Assembly (NCBI GenBank): GCA_029260955.1
Contig: JAJDCF010000014.1
Coordinates: 1-34,657 of the forward strand
DNA: 34,657 bases
Origin: Patescibacteria group bacterium
GTDB taxonomy: Bacteria; Patescibacteriota; Gracilibacteria; UM-FILTER-43-11
Direction of reading: 5' to 3'
The position numbers and the translations under genes are program-made. A model generated the notes under the pieces. It saw nothing but the letters and a program-made list of their open reading frames with translations. It made no database searches and was not told where the DNA came from. Below are positions 1 to 9,253 of this stretch, one piece after another (the stretch's first letter is position 1; every line of letters starts with the position of its first letter).

Positions 1-171
1 AGACCCCCATGGCCTTAATTCAGCATCTCCCTTCCGTAGTGTTACCTCCACAAAACATCGCTTACCATAAAAGGGGTAAGCTTTTGTGATGTGAGTATTT
101 CGTATAAGATCTAGTTGTAGGCCATATTTCTTTTTGTTACAATCAGGCCTTATAGAATAAGCGATAAAACT

Positions 172-441
172 ATGAAAGCGTTAGTTGTGGAAACCAAAGA
201 CAATCCCTGTTTGCCGTGGGTGCGCAGTCTTCACTTGCCAGATGGTAATGACCATTTGGCCATTCATAGGGCATGTGAAAAGCTATTCGCAACAGTTGAG
301 AGTCCAATGTTTGCGATAAGGATTCCAGGAACAGTTGAAGTTCCTGATGATTTAGTCATTGCGGTACGGGAATATATTCAGAATCGAGTTGCAATTCCAT
401 TATCTATTGATGAATTTAATGGCTTGATCAGCAGTGTTTGA
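172..441 (+). CDS. Hypothetical protein (89 aa)
   Basis: ATG-started ORF with an AT-rich upstream region, ending before the bidirectional terminator at 477-509. No recognisable motif. Confidence 0.55.
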   Translation: MKALVVETKDNPCLPWVRSLHLPDGNDHLAIHRACEKLFATVESPMFAIRIPGTVEVPDDLVIAVREYIQNRVAIPLSIDEFNGLISSV

Positions 442-476
442 AACACAACCTACAACAGCCCTCTTAATAGATCATC

Positions 477-509
477 AAAAAAGCCCCACCAATTACGGTA
501 GGGCTTTTT
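477..509. terminator. Bidirectional intrinsic terminator between the 89-aa ORF and pnp
   Basis: AAAAAAGCCC-C-ACC-AATTAC-GGT-A-GGGCTTTTT hairpin with A and T tracts on both sides, between convergent genes. Confidence 0.8.
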
Positions 510-527
510 AGTTTTAAGCTTTTAGCT

Positions 528-2642
528 TTAGTCCTGCTTAGGCTGAGGAATTCCCTTCATGCTCAGCTTGAAGCGGCCTTGTCGTTCGTCGACAGCTAGT
601 AGTTTCACGTTTACGATCTGGCCTTCGCTAATGATGCTATTCACATCTTTCACGAACTCATCAGCGATTTCTGACACATGGATCATTCCTTCCTTGCCTG
701 GCATGAACTCACAAATGGCACCAAATTCAAGTACCTTAGTTACCTTAGCGTTCTCGTATAGCTTACCAACTTCCGGGTCAGCAGTGATTTGCTCTACCCA
801 GGTCTTGGCCTTAGCGGCTGACTCACCGTTAAGCGAGGTAATAACCACAGAACCGTCATCTTCGATGTCGATTGATTCAACACCGGTTTCTGCGATTATC
901 TTGTTGATCATTTCTCCTCCTGGGCCAATGATGAAGCGGATCTTTTCTGGATTAACCATCATAGAAAGTAATCTTGGAGCAAATTCGGACATTTCGGCTG
1001 GTTTGCTGATGATAGCGTCCATCGAATCAAGAATCGATATGCGGCCCACTTTTGCAGCAGCAAGAGCTTCTGAGAATATATTGTCATTAAGACTCTTGAG
1101 CTTGATATCCATTTGGATACAGGTAATACCCTTGCGAGTACCAGTTACCTTAAAATCCATGTCTCCACCAAAATCTTCTTCGTCTTGTAGGTCAGTCAAA
1201 ATCTTGTAGTTGCTTGGATTGTCGTGATCAGTCATAAGACCCCTCGCGATTCCTCCCACAGCTGCCTTTAGAGGCACACCGGCGTCCATCAAAGCTAGAC
1301 TTGAGCCACAAGTGGCTGCCATAGAGCTGGACCCGTTAGAGGCCAGTATTTCGGTTACAGTACGAATGGTGTAAGGGAAGTCTTCCTTGGATGGTAGAAC
1401 AGGCATGAGCGCCTTTTCGGCGAGAGCTCCGTGTCCGATTTCACGATTACCGGTGAATAGACGACCAGAAGTTTCACCAACAGAAAATGGCGGGAAGTTG
1501 TAGTGGTGGAAGTAGTGCTTCTTCTCTTCACCTTCAATTCCATCGATCAACTGAGCATCTCCCGGGCTTCCAAGGGTACAAATAGTTAGCCCCTGAGTTT
1601 CTCCACGATTGAAGACAGCAGAACCATGAGTTCTTGGTAATAGTCCAGCTTCTACGCTTACAGGGCGAATTTCGTCCATTTTGCGTCCGCCAATACGTTT
1701 GTCGTTTTCCAGAATGTTCTTACGAACGGTTGTTTTAACAAGTTTATCAACAGCAGACTGCACCTGACCTAGTTCCTCTTCAGTAACTTTATCAGTAAAG
1801 TGCTCTTTAACTTCTGCTCCGAGCTCTTGGAAGTAACCGTAACGTTCTAGCTTTTGAGTCTTGGTAGCTAAAGCGTCCATTACTTTGTCGGCATAGTTGC
1901 TATTTACGTAGTCGATGATCTCCTGATTTGACTCTGGAGCTTCAAAAACGAACTTTTCTTTACCGATTTCATCCTGAATACCCTTAATGAAGATAGCGAC
2001 CTCGTTAGCGGACTTCTTACCCATCATGATAGCCTCGTACATCACATCTTCAGTGACTTCGTTGGCACCGGCTTCAATCATTACAACGTTACCAGTGGTG
2101 GCAGAAACTATCAGGTCAAGGTCAGAGGTTTCACGTTGTTGGTGAGTGGGGTGTAGCATGAGTTTTCCTTCGATCAGACCCACACGTACGGTAGCAGTAG
2201 GGCCTTCAAAAGGAGCATCAGAAAGAGAAAGCGCTATAGAACCAGCAATGGTTGCAACCATGTCGTGTTCATTTTCTATGTCATATGACAGTGTGGTAAG
2301 CATTACCTGAATGTCACGGTGAAATCCTTTTGGGAAAAGCGGGCGATAAGTACGATCAGCCACTCTGGCCATAAGTACTTTGTCGTCACTAGGGCGGGTT
2401 TCACGCTTAATGAAGCGAGATCCCTTAATTTTACCTGAGGCGTACATCTTCTCTTGGTAGTTCACCATAAGAGGTAAGAAGTTTACCCCGTCACGAGCAC
2501 GCTTGCTCATAACAGCCGTTGCTAAAATAACCGTATCGCCGTAACGAACGGTGCAGCTTCCACTAGCAAGTTTAGCTAGTCTACCTGTCTCAACAATGAG
2601 CTCTTTGTCGCCGAGCATCATTTTATAAGTTTTGGGTTCCAT
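528..2642 (-). CDS. pnp: Polyribonucleotide nucleotidyltransferase (PNPase)
   Basis: 704 aa with RNase PH motifs (HGSAVFNRGETQ, HHYNFPPFSVGE, REIGHGALAEKAL, SNGSSSMA, GDMDFKV), a KH domain (IIGPGG) and an S1 domain (EGMIHVSEI). Lies downstream of rpsO. Confidence 0.98.
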   Translation of the reverse strand: MEPKTYKMMLGDKELIVETGRLAKLASGSCTVRYGDTVILATAVMSKRARDGVNFLPLMVNYQEKMYASGKIKGSRFIKRETRPSDDKVLMARVADRTYRPLFPKGFHRDIQVMLTTLSYDIENEHDMVATIAGSIALSLSDAPFEGPTATVRVGLIEGKLMLHPTHQQRETSDLDLIVSATTGNVVMIEAGANEVTEDVMYEAIMMGKKSANEVAIFIKGIQDEIGKEKFVFEAPESNQEIIDYVNSNYADKVMDALATKTQKLERYGYFQELGAEVKEHFTDKVTEEELGQVQSAVDKLVKTTVRKNILENDKRIGGRKMDEIRPVSVEAGLLPRTHGSAVFNRGETQGLTICTLGSPGDAQLIDGIEGEEKKHYFHHYNFPPFSVGETSGRLFTGNREIGHGALAEKALMPVLPSKEDFPYTIRTVTEILASNGSSSMAATCGSSLALMDAGVPLKAAVGGIARGLMTDHDNPSNYKILTDLQDEEDFGGDMDFKVTGTRKGITCIQMDIKLKSLNDNIFSEALAAAKVGRISILDSMDAIISKPAEMSEFAPRLLSMMVNPEKIRFIIGPGGEMINKIIAETGVESIDIEDDGSVVITSLNGESAAKAKTWVEQITADPEVGKLYENAKVTKVLEFGAICEFMPGKEGMIHVSEIADEFVKDVNSIISEGQIVNVKLLAVDERQGRFKLSMKGIPQPKQD

Positions 2643-2674
2643 AATAAAATAGAATTAATAGAAATATATTTATT

Positions 2675-2753
2675 CTGGAACCTATGAAAGTTTCAAGTGG
2701 TTAGCCCCGACCTATCGGGATTACTCATTTGAAACTTTCTTTCATGATTCCAG
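2675..2753 (-). promoter_or_regulatory. Long imperfect stem-loop in the rpsO-pnp spacer (candidate RNase III processing / pnp autoregulation stem)
   Basis: Inverted repeat CTGGAA..ATGAAAGTTTCAAGTG..CCCGA-CCTA-TCGGG..CATTTGAAACTTTC..TTCATG..TTCCAG fills most of the spacer. Function is inferred from the E. coli pnp leader. Confidence 0.6.
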
Positions 2754-2754
2754 C

Positions 2755-3051
2755 TTATTTACGTAGTTTAAGTCCTTTGATTACTTCTTCGTATACTTCC
2801 GGCTTGGAATTCTTGAGGTAATTCAAAAGTTTTCGCCTTTTACCTACCATGAGTAGTAGACCGCGGCGAGAGTGGTTATCCTTTTTATGCTCCTTCAGAT
2901 GACCAGTTAATTCATTAATGCGCTTTGTCAGAATTGCAATCTGTACTTGAGCAGATCCGGTGTCCTTGTCGTGCTTTGCGTAGGTTTTAATGACCTTCTT
3001 CTTAATATCGTGTTTTGTAGCAGGTTCTTTCTTTTTCGTGCTTGTCTTAAT
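2755..3051 (-). CDS. rpsO: 30S ribosomal protein S15 (start probably ATT; absent from the ORF track)
   Basis: Manual translation: ...[54 protein letters not shown]...LKLRK* with TAA at 2755-2757. No in-frame ATG/GTG/TTG between the conserved N-terminal region and the upstream stop at 3103-3105. Start position is uncertain. Confidence 0.93.
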   Translation of the reverse strand: MKTSTKKKEPATKHDIKKKVIKTYAKHDKDTGSAQVQIAILTKRINELTGHLKEHKKDNHSRRGLLLMVGKRRKLLNYLKNSKPEVYEEVIKGLKLRK

Positions 3052-3085
3052 GTATTTGGAGGAATAATAAAAAGTTAACAGAGAA

Positions 3086-3114
3086 ATTTTATCAGAAATC
3101 TGTTACTTCTGCAA
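3086..3114 (-). promoter_or_regulatory. Sigma70-type promoter for rpsO-pnp
   Basis: TTGCAG-17 nt-TAAAAT with an extended -10 (TGA TAAAAT). Confidence 0.55.
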
Positions 3115-3125
3115 GTCAAAGTGCT

Positions 3126-4052
3126 TTAGAGCCATTTCTTTAGTTTGAAAATGGCAAATAGTGCTATTCCAACAATCCCCATTATGGCAATGATGGACCA
3201 AAAATGCCCTGCATTACTCATAGCTTCTACAAAAGGGAGCTGTACATTCATACCAAAAAGCCCTGTCAAAAAGGTAAGTGGCAACATGATGGCTGAAAAC
3301 ACCGTTAAAGTGCGCATTGTCAGGTTAATGTTGTGAGAAAGCAGTGATTCATTGGTATCTTCCAGTGATTCGATGATTTCTTTTTGAGTTCCCAGAATAT
3401 TCCACAGGCTTTCAATCTGGTCTACTATGTCGTCAAAATAAATAACAAGATCTTCTGGCAGGAAGCGCTTTTGCTTGTGCTCTAGTGCAGCAATTACGGA
3501 TCTTTGCGGAAGTAAAATCTTACGCAGAGTAATAACGTTCTTTTTTAAGATCATTATGTTAAATAGCTCGTCCTTAGCCCTCATAGACTCAAATATTTTT
3601 TCTTCAATTTTCTTGGTAGAGATCTGAATTTTATCAGTTATAGGAAAGATGGCATTAAAAAGCACGCTGATAATTTCGTAAAGCAGGTAGCCTGTACCTT
3701 GTTTTTCACCAAAGAATATTTTTTTGGATTTTATGGAGGACTGGCAAGCTTCCGCGATCTCATTCAAGGCCTTAAGCTTACCTTTGTGCACAGTAATCAG
3801 GTAATCCTGGCCGATAAATATATTTAGTTGCTCGGTGTCGAAACGATGATGCTTCTTGTTGTAAACCGGAAATTGCAGAATAATAAATAGATATTTGTCA
3901 TATTCGTCAATTTTGGGTCTTTCTGTCTCCTGCAGGCAGTCTTCTAAATCAAGTTCGTGAAAACGATACTTTTTTGCCAGCTTTACCAAGTCTTCATTGC
4001 TTGGATCTACCAGATTTATCCACTTATTTTTCTTGTATTTAATTTCTTGCAA
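3126..4052 (-). CDS. corA: CorA-family Mg2+/Co2+ transporter
   Basis: FHELDLEDC and RPKIDEYD N-terminal motifs; C-terminal LPLTFLTGLFGMN signature with two TM helices. Confidence 0.93.
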   Translation of the reverse strand: MQEIKYKKNKWINLVDPSNEDLVKLAKKYRFHELDLEDCLQETERPKIDEYDKYLFIILQFPVYNKKHHRFDTEQLNIFIGQDYLITVHKGKLKALNEIAEACQSSIKSKKIFFGEKQGTGYLLYEIISVLFNAIFPITDKIQISTKKIEEKIFESMRAKDELFNIMILKKNVITLRKILLPQRSVIAALEHKQKRFLPEDLVIYFDDIVDQIESLWNILGTQKEIIESLEDTNESLLSHNINLTMRTLTVFSAIMLPLTFLTGLFGMNVQLPFVEAMSNAGHFWSIIAIMGIVGIALFAIFKLKKWL

Positions 4053-4064
4053 GAATGGGGTGGG

Positions 4065-4469
4065 TTAGCGTTTCTTTTTGGGTAAATATTTGTGCTTCAC
4101 AGCATTGCTTTTCATCCTTTTTTTCCTTTTTCTATATGCCTTTCTGTAGCCAAATGCTAGTGAAAGAAAGGTGTACAAAAAGAAGGCCAGTACTACGAAC
4201 CACCAAAGGCGCATTGAAAGGAAGGGGATGCCTTGTTCACGGAAAAGCAATAAAAGAAGTACTAGAAAGCCGTATAGCCTTAGTCTTCCTGGGTAAATTT
4301 TAATAATTTTCTTGGCAATGGCGTCCTTTAGGTACTTTTTTCGATAAATTCCCAGGGCAAAACCACATAAAATTAACAAGGCACCAATCAAAAGGGTCAG
4401 TTTGGTGTACTGAAAATTAGGATTTGGGAGTGGGGTGAGATAGTACTGAAGAGTTAGAAAACGTTCCAT
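4065..4469 (-). CDS. Hypothetical membrane protein (3 TM, basic C-terminal tail)
   Basis: 134 aa, three hydrophobic segments, Lys/Arg-rich tail, tightly packed in the minus-strand gene run. Confidence 0.8.
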   Translation of the reverse strand: MERFLTLQYYLTPLPNPNFQYTKLTLLIGALLILCGFALGIYRKKYLKDAIAKKIIKIYPGRLRLYGFLVLLLLLFREQGIPFLSMRLWWFVVLAFFLYTFLSLAFGYRKAYRKRKKRMKSNAVKHKYLPKKKR

Positions 4470-4480
4470 GACTTAGATGG

Positions 4481-4981
4481 TTAAGATTCAGAAGATTTTT
4501 TGTTACTGCGTTTTGATTTTTTTTCGGCTTTGTGTTCCTTGCCACAAAAGGGGCAAATATTCCAAACGTTTGGAAAGGTTTTTTTGCATTTTGAGCAGGA
4601 TTTTTTTAGACTTTCGCCGCAATTGGGACAATAGCTGTAATCCTTGTCGGCTGGGGTAAGGCATTTGTCGCAAGTATTAAGCTCAGACTGACTTTCTCCC
4701 TCCATCATGTTTCTTTCGAGTTCTTCGTAGTAACGTTCAGTGCGGGTTTTACCAGGTCTTACGATTAAATACAAAAGAACACCAAGGATTGGCACAATAA
4801 TGACCAGTAAGATCGAAAAGGCCTGGAATAGAATGCTTTTACTTCTTTGTAAGACATCTCTGGTTACCCATATAATGATTGCTAGCCAAAGTAGAGAGAA
4901 ATAAGCCAGAACAGCTATTTTGACTGTACCGAACGTATCTGAGCTAAGAAAATCGATGGCTTGAGTTAGCAAAGGAGGCAT
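4481..4981 (-). CDS. Membrane protein with PLDc N-terminal-like hairpin and double zinc ribbon
   Basis: WVTRD...PILGVLLYLIVRP followed by four CxxC pairs (CDKC, CPNC, CSKC, CPFC). Confidence 0.85.
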   Translation of the reverse strand: MPPLLTQAIDFLSSDTFGTVKIAVLAYFSLLWLAIIIWVTRDVLQRSKSILFQAFSILLVIIVPILGVLLYLIVRPGKTRTERYYEELERNMMEGESQSELNTCDKCLTPADKDYSYCPNCGESLKKSCSKCKKTFPNVWNICPFCGKEHKAEKKSKRSNKKSSES

Positions 4982-4991
4982 AAGGATTTGG

Positions 4992-5732
4992 TTATGAGGT
5001 GATATGTGTTTTGTGTGTGCAGTGTATATAACCCACGAAGGCTAATGCTGCCAGAACGCCGTAAGAGATTTTAACATAAATTGAGGGTGATCCGTGAAGA
5101 AAATCTATTCCAAGCATTCCCAATGAGTAAATCATGAGTGCTCTGGCTCCTACAACTCCCGAAAGATGAATACGTTTACTCTGCTTTACGCTGTATGCGA
5201 GCAGAATAGCGGTTAGCAGCGCTGCATAAAGCTGCGTGGGGTGTATTGGTGAAACGAAGGGTATATTAGTGGCCTCAAACGATATGCCCCATGGCAGACT
5301 GGTTGGTAGGCCATAATTCTTGCCTGCGAAGAAGTATCCAATATGTACGAAAATAAGCATACCGAGCGATGACAGAAAGAAGGTATCAAACCAGGCCCAA
5401 AAATCCTCTTTATTTTTACGAGCGGCAAAGTAAAGTGTTGCAATAGCAGCAGCTAACATACCAAAAAAGCTGAATTTTAAATCCCATATGTAGATCACTG
5501 AAAGAAAATTGTGTTTAAACTCAGAAAGATTACTGATTACGTAAACCAGTCGACCTCCTAGAAGTGCAGCAACAATGACATGAGCCAAATACTCCGTTAC
5601 AAAGGCAAGGTTCATTTTATGCTTGTTGACGTAGCGGATCACAAAAGTTCCGGTAAAAAGAAAGCCTAAGGCTAGCAAAATATTAAGAGTGCGCACGGTA
5701 ACGAGAGAGTTCTGAAAGAGAATTTCAAGCAT
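4992..5732 (-). CDS. lgt: Lgt-family (prolipoprotein diacylglyceryl transferase-like) protein with degenerate catalytic motifs
   Basis: LLGGRLVYV, YGLPTSLPWGI and HPTQLY motifs with about 7 TM segments. Key residues appear substituted (see findings). Confidence 0.8.
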   Translation of the reverse strand: MLEILFQNSLVTVRTLNILLALGFLFTGTFVIRYVNKHKMNLAFVTEYLAHVIVAALLGGRLVYVISNLSEFKHNFLSVIYIWDLKFSFFGMLAAAIATLYFAARKNKEDFWAWFDTFFLSSLGMLIFVHIGYFFAGKNYGLPTSLPWGISFEATNIPFVSPIHPTQLYAALLTAILLAYSVKQSKRIHLSGVVGARALMIYSLGMLGIDFLHGSPSIYVKISYGVLAALAFVGYIHCTHKTHITS

Positions 5733-5774
5733 ATAAAAGAGTTGTGAGTGTTGGGTGAGTGTTGAATATAAAAA

Positions 5775-8700
5775 CTACCTAATTTCCTGGGAGCTAGTAA
5801 GGCCGCCACTGGAACTAAAGCCAGGAGGTACAGGGCGGTTATCCCTTTCGATAAAGAAGGTATCAAGGGATTTTGAATTTGCTACATCAATAGTATTGCC
5901 CGCATTTAGATCAATAGTGGTTGGTAGAGTTGCTGGTGTACAGGCGATGGATGGTAATAATACGCAATATCCACCGCCACTAAAGAACGTGCCAGGTGAG
6001 GTATAGTCAACATTTGCCGGATCAGCATGAATCGTAGAAAAGCGCCTAATAAAATCAAAATCGTAAGCCTGAGCGCATCCTACTTTATCGATAACTCCTG
6101 AACCGTTATCCCATGGGGAGCAGTCGGCACCAACAGGGGTCACTTTTTTAGGCGCGCCTCCGATCGTGTTTTTAGAGGCAATACTACCTTGCCAGTAAAG
6201 CTGGTTCTTTAGTTGATTGCTATTGCCTCCCGCGGCTCCGTAGTAGAATGTTGCACCTGAATCAGGACTGGAACGAACACTTCCTTCGGCATAAAGAAGG
6301 CCGACAACGTTGGTTACACTAGGGTGAATAAAGACTTCTCCGCCGTCTCCGTTGGAATCTTTCATTACAATTATTCCAAGTGAGTTATCTTGGTCGTCAT
6401 ATATTAAGTTCGCGCCTATATTTAGATTAATACCTTCAAGAATAATGGTGTATTTGTAGCCGGCAGGCACTGTTATAAGATCAGCAACATTTTCAAGGCT
6501 CAAAGTACTATTTAGCCCAAGGTCAAAATAGGCAGTGTATGTATTTTTGTTGTCATCAATAGTAACACAAGGGCCGCTTGTAGGCAGATCTCCAAGTGTG
6601 GCAGGGCCGTTACATGAATCAAAATTTCTGGTGAGTACTGCTACATTCTTGCGAATCTCTTTTCGAAGATCGGCAGAAGAAGTGGTAGTGATTGTTTCAA
6701 GGTCGCGGCCTGTTTCGAATACCTGACCTCCACTTACTGTACCGCTGGTCGATAGACCGACTGATTTAACCTCAATTCCATCGATATATTTTGTCGCGGG
6801 ATAGAGTGCTGATAGGTGGGCATATGGGGCAGGAGCAGGATGACCAATATATTGAGTTATTCCGAAGTTTATTTGAGCGTCTACCGTTTCGCCAATGTAT
6901 TGCGATGGAGTGAAAGCGAAGGAAAATGTATCAGTTTTGCCCAATGGAGTAGATACATCAATACTAAATGGATCGCTTCGATCAAGATCAACTTCTGGGC
7001 ATGTAACTAGGGGGTCTGTTTGACATTCATGAGTTGGCTCCACGTAAAGGTCTCCACTGATTTTATAAATGCCATCAGCGTCCAAGTCAGAGCCAAAACT
7101 ATAAGATGGATCATGGTAGTTTTGCTCTGGATTGTGAAACATATTATCATTTGAAATTCCAGCACCCTGAAATAGGGAATAGCGCGTTTCTCCACTGTCT
7201 GGATCCGTCTGACCTGGTGCATCAGTTGGAATGGAACTAAGATTAATACTGCCTATCTCTAGCAATGCTTCACCGATTCCAGCGCTTACGTCTTTTAGCG
7301 ACAGAATATGATCAAGATTATATGCATTTAAAACAATATTGCTATTGTTAACTAATTCGTAAGTAGCTTCGGCAGGCGTACTGATCACGATGAATGGAAC
7401 ATCAAGCTCTCCACTTGTTACCTCAAGAACAGGATCAAATTCAAAAATATGCGGCAGGCCTGCAATTGAAACAGAGCCAGAGGTACCAAGAACTACTGTG
7501 TCAGAAACAGCTGGTATACCAGGTTGGCTAGGTGAAACGGCGGGTAGTGCAAGATCTGTAGCTGTTGTTTCTACATTGCCTACTACAAGTGAGTTGCCTA
7601 ATGGGCTTGATGGAGCATAGCCAATAACGTCGACTATATAGTTGCTGTTAACTAGAGTAGGTCTGGATGCGCCATCTGGTGGATATTGGAATGGAGTTAC
7701 AGGATCTGCAAAAAGACTGCTCCAGGAACCGTACTTTGTACCTTCAATGTCGACTGGAATATTATTGCCCAGAATAACGTCACGAGTCCAATCCAAGCTG
7801 TCAAAATAGTATTCACTTGAATCAAAATCATAGAGTAGCTCGACGTCACGTACCCATAGGTCTGAATCGGGCTCAGGTATTACTACGGGAGTTATTGCTG
7901 ACTTAATAGGCATAATAGAGTTACCGGCTACGTCCATTAATCTTAAGGCTAATCTGATTGTCTCACTACCGTCAGCAATGGGTTTTGCAGAAGAGTAAAC
8001 ATTAAGATTTGAAAAATAAGGAATAAGCTCACCTGCTTTTACGTATAGATTTACTGGATTAGGGTCATAAATATTAGGCGCGGGAGAGAGAAGGTTTACT
8101 CCATCGTCATTTACAGCTATTAATGCCCCTTCTGGTCCAAAGTAGTGGCCAAAGCCTGATGCGTTGTAAAGGACTCCTCCCAAAGTGTATCTACAAAAGC
8201 CGTTAGTGGGGGCTCCGATTCTTCCAATCGCTGGAATAGTAAGGTTAGCTTCGCCTGTATTGCCATGGCTGATTACTAGATTGCCATTTGTTTGCGCGGT
8301 AGGAACCACGCATGGTGACGGGTCGATTGAGGTTACTGTAATAGTACTTTTATGCGGGGCTACAAGGTTTACATATGAGTCATTTTCGTCAGCAAACTCC
8401 AACCAGTCGATGTTGCCAAATGTGTCGTCGGTGCTAATCCATGCAGGTTCAATACCTTTGTATACAGGCGGAGTTAGGTCGGGAAACCACTCCGTAAATG
8501 CGCCTGCAAACTCAGTTTCACCGCTCTCCGGGCCAAACTTGATCCATCCAAGGTGCTCACTCCAGGCATTACCCTTAAATGGTTGACCGTTTGGATTGTT
8601 GACCCTGTCAAAAACACAGACATTATCAACTCCGTCCCAGTTACAATAGGTATCAGAATCATCTAAAACATTCGTACAGGCGTTTTGGTCGGCTTTTTGT

Positions 8701-9236
8701 GGGCAAAAATCAATATATACCCCCCAATCATCGTTGTCTTGGGTGCCTACCCTTGGTATCTGGCCAAATTCATCGATGTCACAGCTGCTTCCTGTCCATT
8801 TACAGTAGTTCACAGCAGGGCCTGTGGTACATTGCGTCTGATCCTTTGTGGTGCAAGCCGATAGCGACACCCATCCGTATTTTTCTCCCCATATAAAGCC
8901 GCTTAGATTTCCGTTGTATGTAGCCTTTGCTAAATATTCATCAGGAAAGTTGCCAGCTCCCATGCCTGGTGTATTTCGTATATCCATTCCGTCCCATACG
9001 GTCCATCCAATTTTGTCCGCCCAAGAGAATCCCTCAAATAAGCAGGTTTGTGCAGAGTTGTCACAATTTTCACTCATGTTTAGGTCTTCGATAGTCACGC
9101 CGTAACCCACATCGCCCATATTCATTGTGCTTACCAGCCCGTTATATGCGTCGCCAGTAATATCCGTTTTGGCATGAGCAGATGACGCTAAAGATAGTGT
9201 AAGCAATATACCTATGATGAAGATTCTACTCTTCAT
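5775..9236 (-). CDS. Large secreted/surface protein (1153 aa)
   Basis: Signal peptide (MKSRIFIIGILLTLSLASSAHA). Three G-x-x-W-x4-GW repeats (FEGFSWADKIGW, LSGFIWGEKYGW, FKGNAWSEHLGW) typical of CPR surface proteins. Two Cys-rich C..DQ..C..YC-W..C units; beta-rich acidic body. Confidence 0.85.
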   Translation of the reverse strand: MKSRIFIIGILLTLSLASSAHAKTDITGDAYNGLVSTMNMGDVGYGVTIEDLNMSENCDNSAQTCLFEGFSWADKIGWTVWDGMDIRNTPGMGAGNFPDEYLAKATYNGNLSGFIWGEKYGWVSLSACTTKDQTQCTTGPAVNYCKWTGSSCDIDEFGQIPRVGTQDNDDWGVYIDFCPQKADQNACTNVLDDSDTYCNWDGVDNVCVFDRVNNPNGQPFKGNAWSEHLGWIKFGPESGETEFAGAFTEWFPDLTPPVYKGIEPAWISTDDTFGNIDWLEFADENDSYVNLVAPHKSTITVTSIDPSPCVVPTAQTNGNLVISHGNTGEANLTIPAIGRIGAPTNGFCRYTLGGVLYNASGFGHYFGPEGALIAVNDDGVNLLSPAPNIYDPNPVNLYVKAGELIPYFSNLNVYSSAKPIADGSETIRLALRLMDVAGNSIMPIKSAITPVVIPEPDSDLWVRDVELLYDFDSSEYYFDSLDWTRDVILGNNIPVDIEGTKYGSWSSLFADPVTPFQYPPDGASRPTLVNSNYIVDVIGYAPSSPLGNSLVVGNVETTATDLALPAVSPSQPGIPAVSDTVVLGTSGSVSIAGLPHIFEFDPVLEVTSGELDVPFIVISTPAEATYELVNNSNIVLNAYNLDHILSLKDVSAGIGEALLEIGSINLSSIPTDAPGQTDPDSGETRYSLFQGAGISNDNMFHNPEQNYHDPSYSFGSDLDADGIYKISGDLYVEPTHECQTDPLVTCPEVDLDRSDPFSIDVSTPLGKTDTFSFAFTPSQYIGETVDAQINFGITQYIGHPAPAPYAHLSALYPATKYIDGIEVKSVGLSTSGTVSGGQVFETGRDLETITTTSSADLRKEIRKNVAVLTRNFDSCNGPATLGDLPTSGPCVTIDDNKNTYTAYFDLGLNSTLSLENVADLITVPAGYKYTIILEGINLNIGANLIYDDQDNSLGIIVMKDSNGDGGEVFIHPSVTNVVGLLYAEGSVRSSPDSGATFYYGAAGGNSNQLKNQLYWQGSIASKNTIGGAPKKVTPVGADCSPWDNGSGVIDKVGCAQAYDFDFIRRFSTIHADPANVDYTSPGTFFSGGGYCVLLPSIACTPATLPTTIDLNAGNTIDVANSKSLDTFFIERDNRPVPPGFSSSGGLTSSQEIR

Positions 9237-9253
9237 GAGCTAAAAAGTTTGGA

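Noticed and set aside
1-70. Possible minus-strand gene start at the window edge
   Set aside because: ATGs at 68, 58 and 26 hit stops quickly; the ATG at 10 leaves only 3 codons, so it cannot be supported.
559-1209. 216-aa + strand ORF and many similar antisense ORFs (e.g. 27528-28268, 8185-8586, 23879-24244)
   Set aside because: Shadow frames opposite well-supported genes, with Ser/Ile-rich antisense composition.
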